Assembly (NCBI RefSeq): GCF_000223395.1
Contig: NC_015931.1
Location: 1,590,001-1,622,000 of the forward strand
From: Pyrolobus fumarii 1A
GTDB taxonomy: Archaea; Thermoproteota; Thermoprotei_A; Sulfolobales; Pyrodictiaceae
Length of the DNA: 32,000 nucleotides
Reading direction: 5' to 3'
A program made the translations under genes and the position numbers. Positions 6,771 through 15,865 of this stretch are shown here, piece by piece. The stretch's first letter is position 1; each line of letters opens with the position of its first letter. The notes under the pieces are model-generated. The model was given only the letters and a program-made list of their open reading frames with translations, did no database searches and was not told the origin of the DNA.

Positions 6771-7568
6771 GTGTACAGGATAGTGGTACGTCGAGTATGG
6801 CTGGTACTGCCGCCGAGCCCGCACTACGACCAAGTGAGGGATGTGATAGTATCCGGGTTCTTGGCTGGTGGTGGCATCCACGGCTATAATAGCGACGAGG
6901 ATGCCATACTCGTGGATTCGAAGTACAAAGAGGCTAGCGGGTTATTCTCTAGGATACTCGGACGGCGTGTGGATGAGGTTCTCTCGCCCCGAATAGAAGG
7001 AGATAGAATCGTCTATGGTCGTGGAGGGCTGCAAGTCTACACTAGGCTCGTTCTTGACGAGAGGCTTGAGGGCTTCACGAAGCCCGTTGTTGGTATTGAT
7101 AGCGATATTCTGGTGGCTATAGACTGGAGGCACCTCCTATACCACGAGATAAGCGATATTCGTTCGACTCTACGTGCAATCCTGGAAGCGTTGCGTGACG
7201 TGCCACGCCCCTCTCCTAATATTCATGCTAGGCTGGTTGGACACGCGTACGCGTTGATAGCTGCGGCGAGGTTGCGCGGCCTGGACAAGGACATCCGGGT
7301 AATCATAGTTGATGATAGGGAGGTGCGGGATAGCGGAGTGATAGCAGCATCAACGTATAAACTATTGAACTATGTTGATAACGCGTGCCTCGAAGAGCTT
7401 GAGGGTATAGGTCTTGATGCGTTAGTCGGTATAGACATCGACAGCCTGGAGTATCTTTCGATGGCAGCGGAGAGGCGCGATACATACGCGCTAAGGCACA
7501 TGTTGAGAAGGATGGGGTGTAGAGTGAAGGCAGACGAGCTAATAGCGCCAGCGGACGTGCTTGGATAG
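6771..7568 (+). CDS. Hypothetical protein (no family recognised)
   Basis: 265 aa with ordinary composition and a GTG start 16 nt after the upstream stop. I recognise no motifs. Confidence 0.6.
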   Translation: MYRIVVRRVWLVLPPSPHYDQVRDVIVSGFLAGGGIHGYNSDEDAILVDSKYKEASGLFSRILGRRVDEVLSPRIEGDRIVYGRGGLQVYTRLVLDERLEGFTKPVVGIDSDILVAIDWRHLLYHEISDIRSTLRAILEALRDVPRPSPNIHARLVGHAYALIAAARLRGLDKDIRVIIVDDREVRDSGVIAASTYKLLNYVDNACLEELEGIGLDALVGIDIDSLEYLSMAAERRDTYALRHMLRRMGCRVKADELIAPADVLG

Positions 7569-7577
7569 GAAAATGGG

Positions 7578-7646
7578 CTGATGACTTCCAGGCCCCTGGA
7601 GCCCGGGGGCAATCCTCGGGCGGTGAAGAGGGGATTAGCCTGCTGA
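7578..7646 (+). ncRNA. Candidate C/D box sRNA (weaker)
   Basis: C-like box CTGATGA (7578-7584), C'-like GTGAAGA (7623-7629), 13-nt spacer, D box CTGA (7643-7646). The D' box is poor (TGGA) and the internal spacer is a long 22 nt containing a GCCCG/CGGGC stem. It sits between two convergent genes and overlaps the nucS 3' end by 12 nt. Confidence 0.3.
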
Positions 7647-8441
7647 GCCGCCCTTCTTGACGAAGGATAGGAGTGATGGTTGCTTCTTGCCCTTGCGTTC
7701 CTCCTCGAGTATCTTCCTGATGCGTTTCAAGTCAAGCTTGCGAAACTCGAGGCCATACTCTTCGAGTAGCTTGGCTGCCGGCTCGGTGATGCTTGGTGCG
7801 ACGAGGATGCCGCGGACAGGGGCCTGGGGATTCTCCTTTCTCCATGCGTCTACATATCTACGAAGCTGCTCTACAGCCTCACGTCCGGCAGTTACCCTCT
7901 TAACCTCGATAACCACGTGTCGCCCCTGGCTATCAACGCCATAGATGTCGGCATAGCCGCGCCCCTCTATCCTCTTCTCAACGGTGACTATCCTTAGCCC
8001 CGGCTCTATCAGCTCAGGGTGTCTCGCTAGTGTATCGCGTATCTCCGCCTCGTCTATAAGCTCTTGGAACTCGGCGTTGTCGACCATCTCCTCCGCGACT
8101 ATCAGCGTATCAACCCTTGACACGCGTATCTCAAGAAGCTCACGGGGCTTTGCTCGCAAACTACGGACTAGGAGCACGTCGCCCTCAAGCTTAGCCTCTA
8201 GGAGCTGGCTATCCGGTTGCCAGTTGACCGGCGAGTATCCCCTCGGCCTATGGACAAGTACGGCTCCATCGGGCTTCACTATCACTAGTCTATCGCCTTC
8301 GCCCAGTATCGTTGCACTCCTCCCCTCATAGACGACGCTACACCTGCAGAACATTACTATCAGCTTTCTTTTCGAGAAAGCCTCGCGGAGGAGCAGCTCG
8401 GCAACCTGAAGCGGTGGGTGTGTAAAGACGAGTGGCTTCAA
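7635..8441 (-). CDS. nucS: Endonuclease NucS / EndoMS (mismatch-specific endonuclease) with C-terminal PIP box
   Basis: 268 aa. Contains CRCSVVYEGRSATILGEGDRLVIVKPDGAVLVHRPRGYSPVNWQ (N-terminal domain) and YADIYGVDSQGRHVVIEVKR (RecB-like nuclease motif). The C-terminal QPSLLSFV matches Qxx[LIM]xx[FY][FYLV]. Confidence 0.9.
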   Translation of the reverse strand: MKPLVFTHPPLQVAELLLREAFSKRKLIVMFCRCSVVYEGRSATILGEGDRLVIVKPDGAVLVHRPRGYSPVNWQPDSQLLEAKLEGDVLLVRSLRAKPRELLEIRVSRVDTLIVAEEMVDNAEFQELIDEAEIRDTLARHPELIEPGLRIVTVEKRIEGRGYADIYGVDSQGRHVVIEVKRVTAGREAVEQLRRYVDAWRKENPQAPVRGILVAPSITEPAAKLLEEYGLEFRKLDLKRIRKILEEERKGKKQPSLLSFVKKGGSAG

Positions 8442-8456
8442 AATAGGCTACCCGGT

Positions 8457-8726
8457 TTACGCGGATGCTGGCACGTATATAGGCGCGCGGCGGTTATAGA
8501 CGTATACCTTCAGGACGCCCTCGCGGACGAGGCGCCTAAGGACCTTCTTAGCAAGCGATACGGTCATGTTGTACTTCTCGGCCATCATGTATGGCGTGAT
8601 GAACTTCTCCTTCACAATCTCTCTTTTGATCCTCTGGTAGAACCCTTCGGGTATATCAACTTCATACCTCATCTTCGTGCTCGTTTCCGCCGCCGGTGCC
8701 GCCGCCCTCCTCTTGCGGCTCGACAC
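8457..8726 (-). CDS. rps25e: 30S ribosomal protein S25e
   Basis: 89 aa. KEKFITPYMMAEKYNMTVSLAKKVLRRLVREGVLKV is the S25e winged-helix core. The start (8726 or ATG 8672) overlaps the priL 3' end. Confidence 0.85.
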   Translation of the reverse strand: MSSRKRRAAAPAAETSTKMRYEVDIPEGFYQRIKREIVKEKFITPYMMAEKYNMTVSLAKKVLRRLVREGVLKVYVYNRRAPIYVPASA

Positions 8727-9891
8727 CGCCTACACCCGGCTCACCCGCTTCGCCACTCCCGCTTATAGACTCTAGGCGAAGCTTGCCTTCCTTCACGAGC
8801 CTAGAGACGTTGCGATAGTAGGCCTGTATGGGGCTACGCGTCTCACACTCGCCCTTGCATATTCCGAGGCTTCTCATCTTCTCGCAGCTATAGGTGCGGT
8901 ACTTCTTGCCAGAGCCTCGAAGGCCCGCCAGATGCTCGACCTGATACCTCGCAACCTTTTCGTTGAAATCCGGTAGGTTGCGGAACACGTCAACAACACG
9001 ATCTATATCAACACCAAGGTTCAAGAGGAATGTTGCGATTGCAAACCTCTCGTGGTGGCTGAGGTGTTCTCCTCTCCGGGCCCTATCGATTATATCAGCC
9101 ATGCAGGGCGGGAAGGCCTCCTCCACAACGAAGCCCTTTGGCAGCTTCACGCGTATCTTGCCGCCAGCCCTCATGACCTTGGGCTTGGGTCTAGCCTCGT
9201 TTAGCACGCGTCTAGCCTCCTCGAGCACCTGGATAAGCTCGTCTGGCAGCTTCTCCGGTTTAACCTCCGAGAATGTGCTTGCAAGCCTCTCAATGTACTC
9301 CATTATAGCCTCCTTCAGCAGCCTAACAGCCATGTCCTTATCGAGGTACACGCGGCCATCCTTAACGGGTAGGTTAGTGGGCTTCCATTTCGGGTCGCCA
9401 ACAAGCCTTCTAGCCACCCTGGCATACTCAAAGATGCTTATTGAGTAGTGATACTCGCGGTACAGGACTATTCCTGTCGAGGTCACCGCATACGGTTGTT
9501 TCAACCCCTTCTCGTGGTACTCTAGCCCAACTCCAATCTTCTGCGCGATAGCAACTATAGTCTCGTCGCTCTCGTGGAGCAGGCTCTGGTAGCTCCTCTC
9601 GGCCTCTGCCAGTGCATACCTAGACACAGCCCATCTATCATTGAGCAACGTCACCAGAAGAAGTCCGAGGTAGAAGGCAAGAGTCTCGACTTCCGGGTTG
9701 CCATTGCCGACGCTTATAGCGCCTCTCTCGATAGCCTCACGTATCCTCTCAAGTGCACGCTCTACAACATCCCGTCGAAGCATTAACACGCTGTACGATA
9801 CGGGCCCAAACCTCTTCCTCACAAACTGCTCCAAGTCAACAGTATAAGGGTACCGAGCAGCATCCACGATAATGCTCTGTTGCCGCAGCAT
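8662..9891 (-). CDS. priL: DNA primase large (regulatory) subunit PriL
   Basis: 409 aa. FPPCMADIIDRARRGEHLSHHERFAIATFLLNLGVDIDRVVDVF...YSCEKMRSLGICKGEC is the Fe-S cluster domain of PriL, followed by a G/E-rich acidic C-terminal tail. Confidence 0.9.
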   Translation of the reverse strand: MLRQQSIIVDAARYPYTVDLEQFVRKRFGPVSYSVLMLRRDVVERALERIREAIERGAISVGNGNPEVETLAFYLGLLLVTLLNDRWAVSRYALAEAERSYQSLLHESDETIVAIAQKIGVGLEYHEKGLKQPYAVTSTGIVLYREYHYSISIFEYARVARRLVGDPKWKPTNLPVKDGRVYLDKDMAVRLLKEAIMEYIERLASTFSEVKPEKLPDELIQVLEEARRVLNEARPKPKVMRAGGKIRVKLPKGFVVEEAFPPCMADIIDRARRGEHLSHHERFAIATFLLNLGVDIDRVVDVFRNLPDFNEKVARYQVEHLAGLRGSGKKYRTYSCEKMRSLGICKGECETRSPIQAYYRNVSRLVKEGKLRLESISGSGEAGEPGVGGVEPQEEGGGTGGGNEHEDEV

Positions 9892-10006
9892 GGGCGTAGA
9901 GCCTCACCCCTACTAGACTAAACATCTAGCCTGCCGGGGGTTGACGCATAGACCCCAGAATTACCGTAAATAGGCTGTGTGTTGCGACATCGCGTAGGGG
10001 CTGAAA

Positions 10007-12013
10007 GTGGCCAAGAGAAAGACGAGCATGACGGCATTTGACGTTGCCAGTGTGGTCAGGGAGTTGGAGGAGCTAAAGGGAGCTAGACTAGTAAACATCT
10101 ACGAGGTATTCGAGAACGTCTATTTGCTGAGGTTGCGCGGTACGAGAGATGCACGTGTTATAGCGGAGCCTGGCAGGAGGGTACACGAGACAAGCTACGA
10201 TGTGACCGGCAAGGAGCAGCCCCCACCTCTCATCATGGCGCTTCGTAAGCATATACGTGGCGAGAGGCTCTCCACAGTAAAACAGCTTGGGTTTGACCGT
10301 ATAATCCTCTTTGAGTTCGCCAATGGGTACAAGCTTGTAGTTGAGCTTCTGCCTCGAGGTGTCCTCGCACTCTTGGATGAGAAGGGTAGTATACTACATG
10401 CTAGTGAGTGGCGTGAAATGAGAGATCGTGTGATAAAACGCGGTGTAGAGTACAAGCAGCCCCCGCCAGCAGCAGTGCATCCCGAGAATCTCACAGAGGA
10501 TGTAGTTAGAGAGAGACTTGCTGGCGCGAGTGGGGAGGTTGTCAGGGTGCTTGTAAGGAAGCTGGGGTACCCCGGCGAGGTGGTGGAAGAGGCGCTGTTT
10601 CGTGCTGGCATAGAGAAGACCACTCCTGTTGAAAAGCTCGGTGCGAGCGATATAGGGGCTATAGTTGAGGCTATCAGGGGCATATACCGTGAGAGCCTCG
10701 AGGCTCGCGGGTATATTGTCTATGATGAGAAGGGGCTTGTGTTGACTGTTGTGCCGTTCAAGCCCAGCATGTATGAGGGGAGGTACCGAGCGGTCGAGAG
10801 CATATCGAAAGCGCTTGATGAGTATTTCGTTGAGTTGGAGAAGGCTAGGGCTGTTGAGGAGGCTGTTGAGAAGCTTGAGGAGGAGAAGGGGAAACTGAGA
10901 GCAGCGATAAGCAAGACCGAGGAACTCATACGCGAGTACGAGGAGAAGAAGGTGAAGCTTGAGAAACTTGCTCTCCTGGTGGCTGAGAATGCAGCCTTAG
11001 TCGACCAAGCGTTGGAGTGCGCGAGGAGGATGCGGGAAGGCTCGGGCTGGGACTATATACCAGGTAACTGTCCGGGTGTTGTCGATGTCGAGCCGTCCAG
11101 GGGTGTAGTGAAGCTCAACATAGGCGGCTCTATAGTCGAGGTTGACATACGCTCGGATTCCGCCAGGCTCATCAACGAGCTGTACCGTAAGATCGGCGAG
11201 CTTGAGAAGAAGCGTAGCAGAGCGCTGAGAACTCTAGAGGAGCTCAAGAAGAAGCTTGAGAGCCTCGAGCTCGAGATCAGGGAGGAGGCTAGGAGGGCAA
11301 GAGCACGTATAAGGAGGAAAGAGTGGTACGAGAAGTATCACTGGATGTTTACGAGCCACTGGCTTCTGGTTATTGGCGGGCGTGATGCGAGCCAAAACGA
11401 GTCTGTTGTGAAGAGATACCTGGGAGAGAACAACATATTCATGCATGCTGATATACGTGGTGCGCCGGCTGTAGTGGTGTTCGCGGGTGGTAAGGAGCCG
11501 CCAGAGGAGGATATACGCGAGGCAGCGGTTATAGCCGCGTGCTACTCAAGAGCGTGGAAGGAAGGGCTCGGTGCTATTGATGTCTACTGGGTGTGGGGGA
11601 GGCAAGTGTCAAAAGCTGCGCCACCCGGGGAGTACCTGACTAAAGGCGCTTTCATGGTGTATGGTGAGCGTAACTACATCCGTGGCGTAGAGTTGAAGCT
11701 TGCTATAGGCCTTGCTGAGGAAAACGATGCTCCCGTCGTTATAGTTGGTCCTCGCGAGCTTGTGAGGAGGCGTAGCCTCGTCTATGCACTTCTCGCCCCG
11801 GGTGACGAGGAGCCATCCAAACTAGCCAAGAGGCTTGTGAGGCTCTTCTCCTCAAAGCTCGGAGACAAGGCTTATCTCGCTAAGAGCCTGGATGTAAACG
11901 AGCTGTTGCGTAGAATCCCGGGGCCCTCGAGGGTGCTTGAAATTGCGAGGGGAGAGGCTAGAGAACCGCCTAGGCCGCGTGCTCGCGAAGCTGAGGCAGA
12001 GGAGGAAAGTTGA
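10007..12013 (+). CDS. NFACT-family protein (archaeal Rqc2/NEMF/FbpA homolog, ribosome quality-control-type)
   Basis: 668 aa. It has an NFACT-N-like N-terminus (FDVASVVRELEELKGARLVNIYEV), a long coiled coil, and an NFACT-R/DUF814 core (YHWMFTSHWLLVIGGRDASQNESVVKRYLGENNIFMHADIRGAPAVVV). Confidence 0.85.
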   Translation: MAKRKTSMTAFDVASVVRELEELKGARLVNIYEVFENVYLLRLRGTRDARVIAEPGRRVHETSYDVTGKEQPPPLIMALRKHIRGERLSTVKQLGFDRIILFEFANGYKLVVELLPRGVLALLDEKGSILHASEWREMRDRVIKRGVEYKQPPPAAVHPENLTEDVVRERLAGASGEVVRVLVRKLGYPGEVVEEALFRAGIEKTTPVEKLGASDIGAIVEAIRGIYRESLEARGYIVYDEKGLVLTVVPFKPSMYEGRYRAVESISKALDEYFVELEKARAVEEAVEKLEEEKGKLRAAISKTEELIREYEEKKVKLEKLALLVAENAALVDQALECARRMREGSGWDYIPGNCPGVVDVEPSRGVVKLNIGGSIVEVDIRSDSARLINELYRKIGELEKKRSRALRTLEELKKKLESLELEIREEARRARARIRRKEWYEKYHWMFTSHWLLVIGGRDASQNESVVKRYLGENNIFMHADIRGAPAVVVFAGGKEPPEEDIREAAVIAACYSRAWKEGLGAIDVYWVWGRQVSKAAPPGEYLTKGAFMVYGERNYIRGVELKLAIGLAEENDAPVVIVGPRELVRRRSLVYALLAPGDEEPSKLAKRLVRLFSSKLGDKAYLAKSLDVNELLRRIPGPSRVLEIARGEAREPPRPRAREAEAEEES

Positions 12014-12023
12014 AGCTGCACGC

Positions 12024-12248
12024 ATGGTTATTGGTGTAGCCTCTGGTTTGGCGGCTGGCGTATCGAGTGCATTTCTGCCAAATCCTCTAGGTTCCGTGTT
12101 ACCACTACCCCTCTTTATCGCGGGTTATGTGGTGGCCCACCTGGCTACTAGGAAGTGGCCCGAGGCCAGCCCTGTAAGAGGCTTCATAGCATACTCGGCA
12201 GTTTTCCTACTCGTCTGGTTCAGTGTGTACGCGTCGCTTATCCAGTGA
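12024..12248 (+). CDS. Small membrane protein (2 predicted TM helices)
   Basis: An ATG at 12024, 11 nt after the NFACT stop, gives a 74-aa hydrophobic protein (MVIGVASGLAAGVSSAFLPNPLGSVLPLPLFIAGYVVAHL...AVFLLVWFSVYASLIQ). The track ORF 11937..12248 extends it back into the NFACT gene, which is unlikely. Confidence 0.5.
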   Translation: MVIGVASGLAAGVSSAFLPNPLGSVLPLPLFIAGYVVAHLATRKWPEASPVRGFIAYSAVFLLVWFSVYASLIQ

Positions 12249-12305
12249 TACCAGGTCGGTTTAGAGGGTAGGGCTTCAGAGGTAACAAAAGAAGAGGGGG
12301 AGATA

Positions 12306-15269
12306 GTGGCTCGACAATCGACACTGCTAGAGTTCCTCAATGCCAGTAAACGTGCGAAGCGTGCTGCCGGTGCTGGTGGGTCGAGTCCCAAGGGAACCCG
12401 TGATACGAGTAGAAAAGAGGGTGGTGAGAATCGCGAGAAACGAGGTGAGGATCGTAACCTGTTGGAGATGTTGTTAAGCGAGCTTAACAAGAAGCGGGTT
12501 AGCGCTATCATCGAGGATAAGGCCCAGAAGGAGGGTAGGGATGCTGCCGAAGTCGAAGAGAGAAAGCCGGAGCAGAAACGTTTAGAGATTCACGAGAGCG
12601 TGGCTCGTGAAGTTAGCGTTGAGGCTCGTGTAGAGGGTGACGAGACTAGCAAGAGTGGCGTGGAGGACGGTGCAGCGCAGGACGGGAAGGAGGAGGCTAA
12701 GCCGGTTATTCTCGGCAAGCACGTGTTTAGGCCGACGAGGGTATCCGACAAGCCCTTGGTTAAGAGGCCTAAGAGAGTCCTTAACACGCGCGGTTACATA
12801 CTAGGAGTCTATTATGACGGCGAGGAAGGGAAAGCATATACCAAGATCGTTGATGAGAATGGTGAGGTTGTAGTGGTCTACGATGTCTATGGACACAAGC
12901 CGTACTTCTTGACAGACCTGCCTCCGGACAAGGTGCGCTCCATACGCGAGATAATCACGCATCCAAGCTTTGATCATCTCGAGACTGTAGAGCGGATGGA
13001 TCTCCTCCTATGGAGGAAAGTGACGATGACCAAGATAGTAGTGAAGGACCCAAATGCTGTTAGAGTGTTGAGGGAGAAGGTTCCCAAGGCCTGGGAGGCG
13101 AACATCAAGTACCATCACAACTACATTTACGACCTTCAGCTGATACCCGGTATGCCTTACATAGTCGAGGCCGGGAAGTACAAGCTAGCGTACAAGACGG
13201 GTGAGGAGGAGGCAAAGAAGGTCTATGAGATATTCGCAGATGAAGACGAGGAGACGAGGAGGCTCGCCGTTGACTGGATACCACTCTTCGAGGCACCGCC
13301 ACCTAAGCCACGCATGTTGGCTCTCGACATTGAGGTTTACACGCCCTTCAAGGGCAGGATACCAGACTCTAACAAGGCAGCATACCCGGTGATCAGCGTC
13401 GCGTTCGCATCTAATGATGGTCTGCGTAAGGTGATGATACTTGCTCGTCCAGGGTTAAGGTTTGGCGAGCCGACGGCCAACTATCCTGCCGACGCGGAGA
13501 TAGAGATATTCGACTCGGAGGTAGCTCTCATCCTAGAAACAATAAGGCTCATCAACAACTATGAGGTAGTGATAACCTTCAACGGTGATAACTTCGACTT
13601 CCCGTACCTACACAACCGCGCCGTCAAACTAGGCATACCGAAGTCCATACTACCATTCCGTCACACACGCGACTACATAAGCCTCCACTACGGCTTCCAC
13701 GTCGACCTCTACAAACTCTTCTCGATAAAAGCGCTGCAGAGCTACGCCTTCGGCTCCGCTTACAAGGAGTTCACTCTAGACGCTATATCCGAGGCGCTCC
13801 TCGGCGAGCACAAGATACCAGTAGAAACTAGCATAAGCGACCTTACGGCATCCGAGCTAGCGGCTTACAACTTCCGTGATGCAATGCTAACACTCAAGCT
13901 ACTAACATTCAACAACTACCTAGTATGGAAGCTGGTTATCCTGTTAATGCGTATCAGTAAACTCCCTCTCGAGGACGTCACGAGAAGCCAAGTATCAGCA
14001 TGGATACGCAACCTCTTCTACTGGGAGCATAGGAGGAGAGGACTACTCATACCGCGAAAAGAGGATCTAAGGCTACTCAAGGGCGAGCAGAAATCAGCGG
14101 CCGTGATAAAGGGCAGGAAGTATGCTGGCGCCATTGTACTCGATGCGCCAGCTGGAGTATTCTTCAACGTGGTTGTCCTTGACTTCGCTAGCCTATACCC
14201 AAGCATAATCAAGAAGTGGAACTTGAGCTACGAGACCGTTAACCCGGAGCACTGTCCGGGTGGTAAACTCGTTGAGGTACCGGACGTCGGTCATCGTGTA
14301 TGTATGAGTGTGCGCGGCATAACGGCCCAGATAGTTGGCTTGCTCAGAGACTTTAGAGTGAGGGTGTACAAGAAGAAGGCGAAGGATAAGAGTCTAAGCG
14401 AGGAGGAGCGCCACTGGTATGATGTAGTCCAAGCAGCTATGAAGGTGTACATCAACGCTAGCTATGGCGTCTTTGGTGCTGAGAACTTCCCGCTGTACGC
14501 TCCATCGGTTGCTGAGAGTGTTACAGCAATAGGCAGGTATACTATCAAGCAGACGGTACGCAAAGCAGCCGATCTAGGACTCAAGGTGCTCTATGGTGAC
14601 ACTGACTCTCTCTTCCTATGGGCGCCATCCGAGGATAAGCTGCAGGAACTTCAGCGATTTGTTGAGGAGAACTTTGGCCTGGAGCTTGAAGTTGACAAGG
14701 TGTATAGGTTCGTGGCCTTCTCGGGCAGGAAGAAGAACTACATCGGCGTCTATCCGGATGGTAAGGTTGAAGTGAAGGGTGTGGTGGCGAAGAAGAGAAA
14801 CGCCCCAATGTTCCTCAAGAAGGCTTTCGGTGAGGTGTTAGAACTATTAGGTCAGGCTAGTACGCCGGAGGAGTTCCTCGTTGTCAAGAAGAAGATACGT
14901 GATAAGCTACACGAGGTGTACAAGAGGCTAAAAGAGAAAGACTTCATGCTAGACGAGCTAGCGATACACATGGCCTTAACCAAGCCTGTCAACGAGTATG
15001 CTAACATCCCGCCTCACGTAAGAGCAGCTATACAACTAATGCAGGCCGGTGTGCACGTGATGCCTGGTGATGTGATAGTATTCGTGAAGGTTAGAAGCAA
15101 GGACAAAGTGAAGGCCATACAGCTTGCAAAGCTACACGAAGTGGACACCGACGAATACATCAAGACTGTGAGGACGGCGTTTGAACAGGTACTAGGAGCT
15201 ATAGGCATGTCGTGGGACGACATCGTGGGCTCAACGAAACTGGAGGCGTTCTTCGCGAGACGATTCTAA
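12306..15269 (+). CDS. polB: Family B DNA polymerase, PolB1 (Dpo1)-type, with ~165-aa low-complexity N-terminal extension
   Basis: 987 aa. Motifs: Exo I LALDIEVYT, Exo II FNGDNFDFPYL, Exo III YNFRDAMLT, motif A LDFASLYPSII, motif B KVYINASYGVFG, motif C LYGDTDSLF. No intein interrupts the motifs. Confidence 0.95.
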   Translation: MARQSTLLEFLNASKRAKRAAGAGGSSPKGTRDTSRKEGGENREKRGEDRNLLEMLLSELNKKRVSAIIEDKAQKEGRDAAEVEERKPEQKRLEIHESVAREVSVEARVEGDETSKSGVEDGAAQDGKEEAKPVILGKHVFRPTRVSDKPLVKRPKRVLNTRGYILGVYYDGEEGKAYTKIVDENGEVVVVYDVYGHKPYFLTDLPPDKVRSIREIITHPSFDHLETVERMDLLLWRKVTMTKIVVKDPNAVRVLREKVPKAWEANIKYHHNYIYDLQLIPGMPYIVEAGKYKLAYKTGEEEAKKVYEIFADEDEETRRLAVDWIPLFEAPPPKPRMLALDIEVYTPFKGRIPDSNKAAYPVISVAFASNDGLRKVMILARPGLRFGEPTANYPADAEIEIFDSEVALILETIRLINNYEVVITFNGDNFDFPYLHNRAVKLGIPKSILPFRHTRDYISLHYGFHVDLYKLFSIKALQSYAFGSAYKEFTLDAISEALLGEHKIPVETSISDLTASELAAYNFRDAMLTLKLLTFNNYLVWKLVILLMRISKLPLEDVTRSQVSAWIRNLFYWEHRRRGLLIPRKEDLRLLKGEQKSAAVIKGRKYAGAIVLDAPAGVFFNVVVLDFASLYPSIIKKWNLSYETVNPEHCPGGKLVEVPDVGHRVCMSVRGITAQIVGLLRDFRVRVYKKKAKDKSLSEEERHWYDVVQAAMKVYINASYGVFGAENFPLYAPSVAESVTAIGRYTIKQTVRKAADLGLKVLYGDTDSLFLWAPSEDKLQELQRFVEENFGLELEVDKVYRFVAFSGRKKNYIGVYPDGKVEVKGVVAKKRNAPMFLKKAFGEVLELLGQASTPEEFLVVKKKIRDKLHEVYKRLKEKDFMLDELAIHMALTKPVNEYANIPPHVRAAIQLMQAGVHVMPGDVIVFVKVRSKDKVKAIQLAKLHEVDTDEYIKTVRTAFEQVLGAIGMSWDDIVGSTKLEAFFARRF

Positions 15270-15865
15270 CTGCTCTTCTTCTTTCTACTCCTGCGCCTCT
15301 TCTTACCACTGGATGCCTGGGTTTCTGCGGCCTCAACAGCCTCAACCTCTGACAAGCCTTCCTCAAGCCTCTGTAACTGTTCCGGTGTTAACTCGAGCTG
15401 GGTTTCGCCGCCAAGACTCTTTTCTCGTGCAGTTGTCTCCTTTGCATACTCAACTATCTGGTCCTTAATGCTATCCTCGATGAGGTATGTAACAACGTAA
15501 ACTTTGATATCACGGTATGTGTCTCCGCTCCACCTGTTATCATAGCTAATCGTGAATACCGGCAGTCTTACTATAACCTCGTTGCCTTCTCTTTCAAGTT
15601 CTAGGCCGAGACCGGTCACTATATCGTACAGGTCAGGATCTATTGGTATCTTGTATCGTAGCTCGTAGTGAGTCCTCATTACGGTAAGGTCGCTGAGCTG
15701 CGGGTTCCACTCGTCTGCAGCTTTCTTCACGTATTCGCGCAGCACGTCAGTTAGACTCTTATCATCCACTATCTTTACCTCCTCTATTTGACCCTCCACG
15801 GATTTCACGACAAGTATTGGTACGTGAATCTCCTCGGTCTCCATAGCTATCAGCCCTTGTTCCAT
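15266..15865 (-). CDS. Hypothetical protein with polybasic C-terminal tail (start ATG 15865 or 15844)
   Basis: The track ORF (15266..15946) overlaps the upstream methyltransferase. Internal ATGs at 15865 or 15844 give ~193-200 aa. It ends in GKKRRRSRKKKSS, and its stop codon overlaps the polB stop (convergent, 4-bp overlap). Confidence 0.65.
   Translation of the reverse strand: MEQGLIAMETEEIHVPILVVKSVEGQIEEVKIVDDKSLTDVLREYVKKAADEWNPQLSDLTVMRTHYELRYKIPIDPDLYDIVTGLGLELEREGNEVIVRLPVFTISYDNRWSGDTYRDIKVYVVTYLIEDSIKDQIVEYAKETTAREKSLGGETQLELTPEQLQRLEEGLSEVEAVEAAETQASSGKKRRRSRKKKSS

Noticed and set aside
11937-12023. N-terminal extension of the small membrane ORF (track 11937..12248) overlapping the NFACT gene
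   Set aside because: The extension is hydrophilic read-through of the NFACT 3' end in another frame. The ATG at 12024, just after the NFACT stop, gives a coherent 2-TM protein.
12306-15269. Intein or split arrangement in the family B polymerase
   Set aside because: Polymerase motifs A, B and C and Exo I-III are contiguous with normal spacing. The extra length is explained by the N-terminal low-complexity extension.
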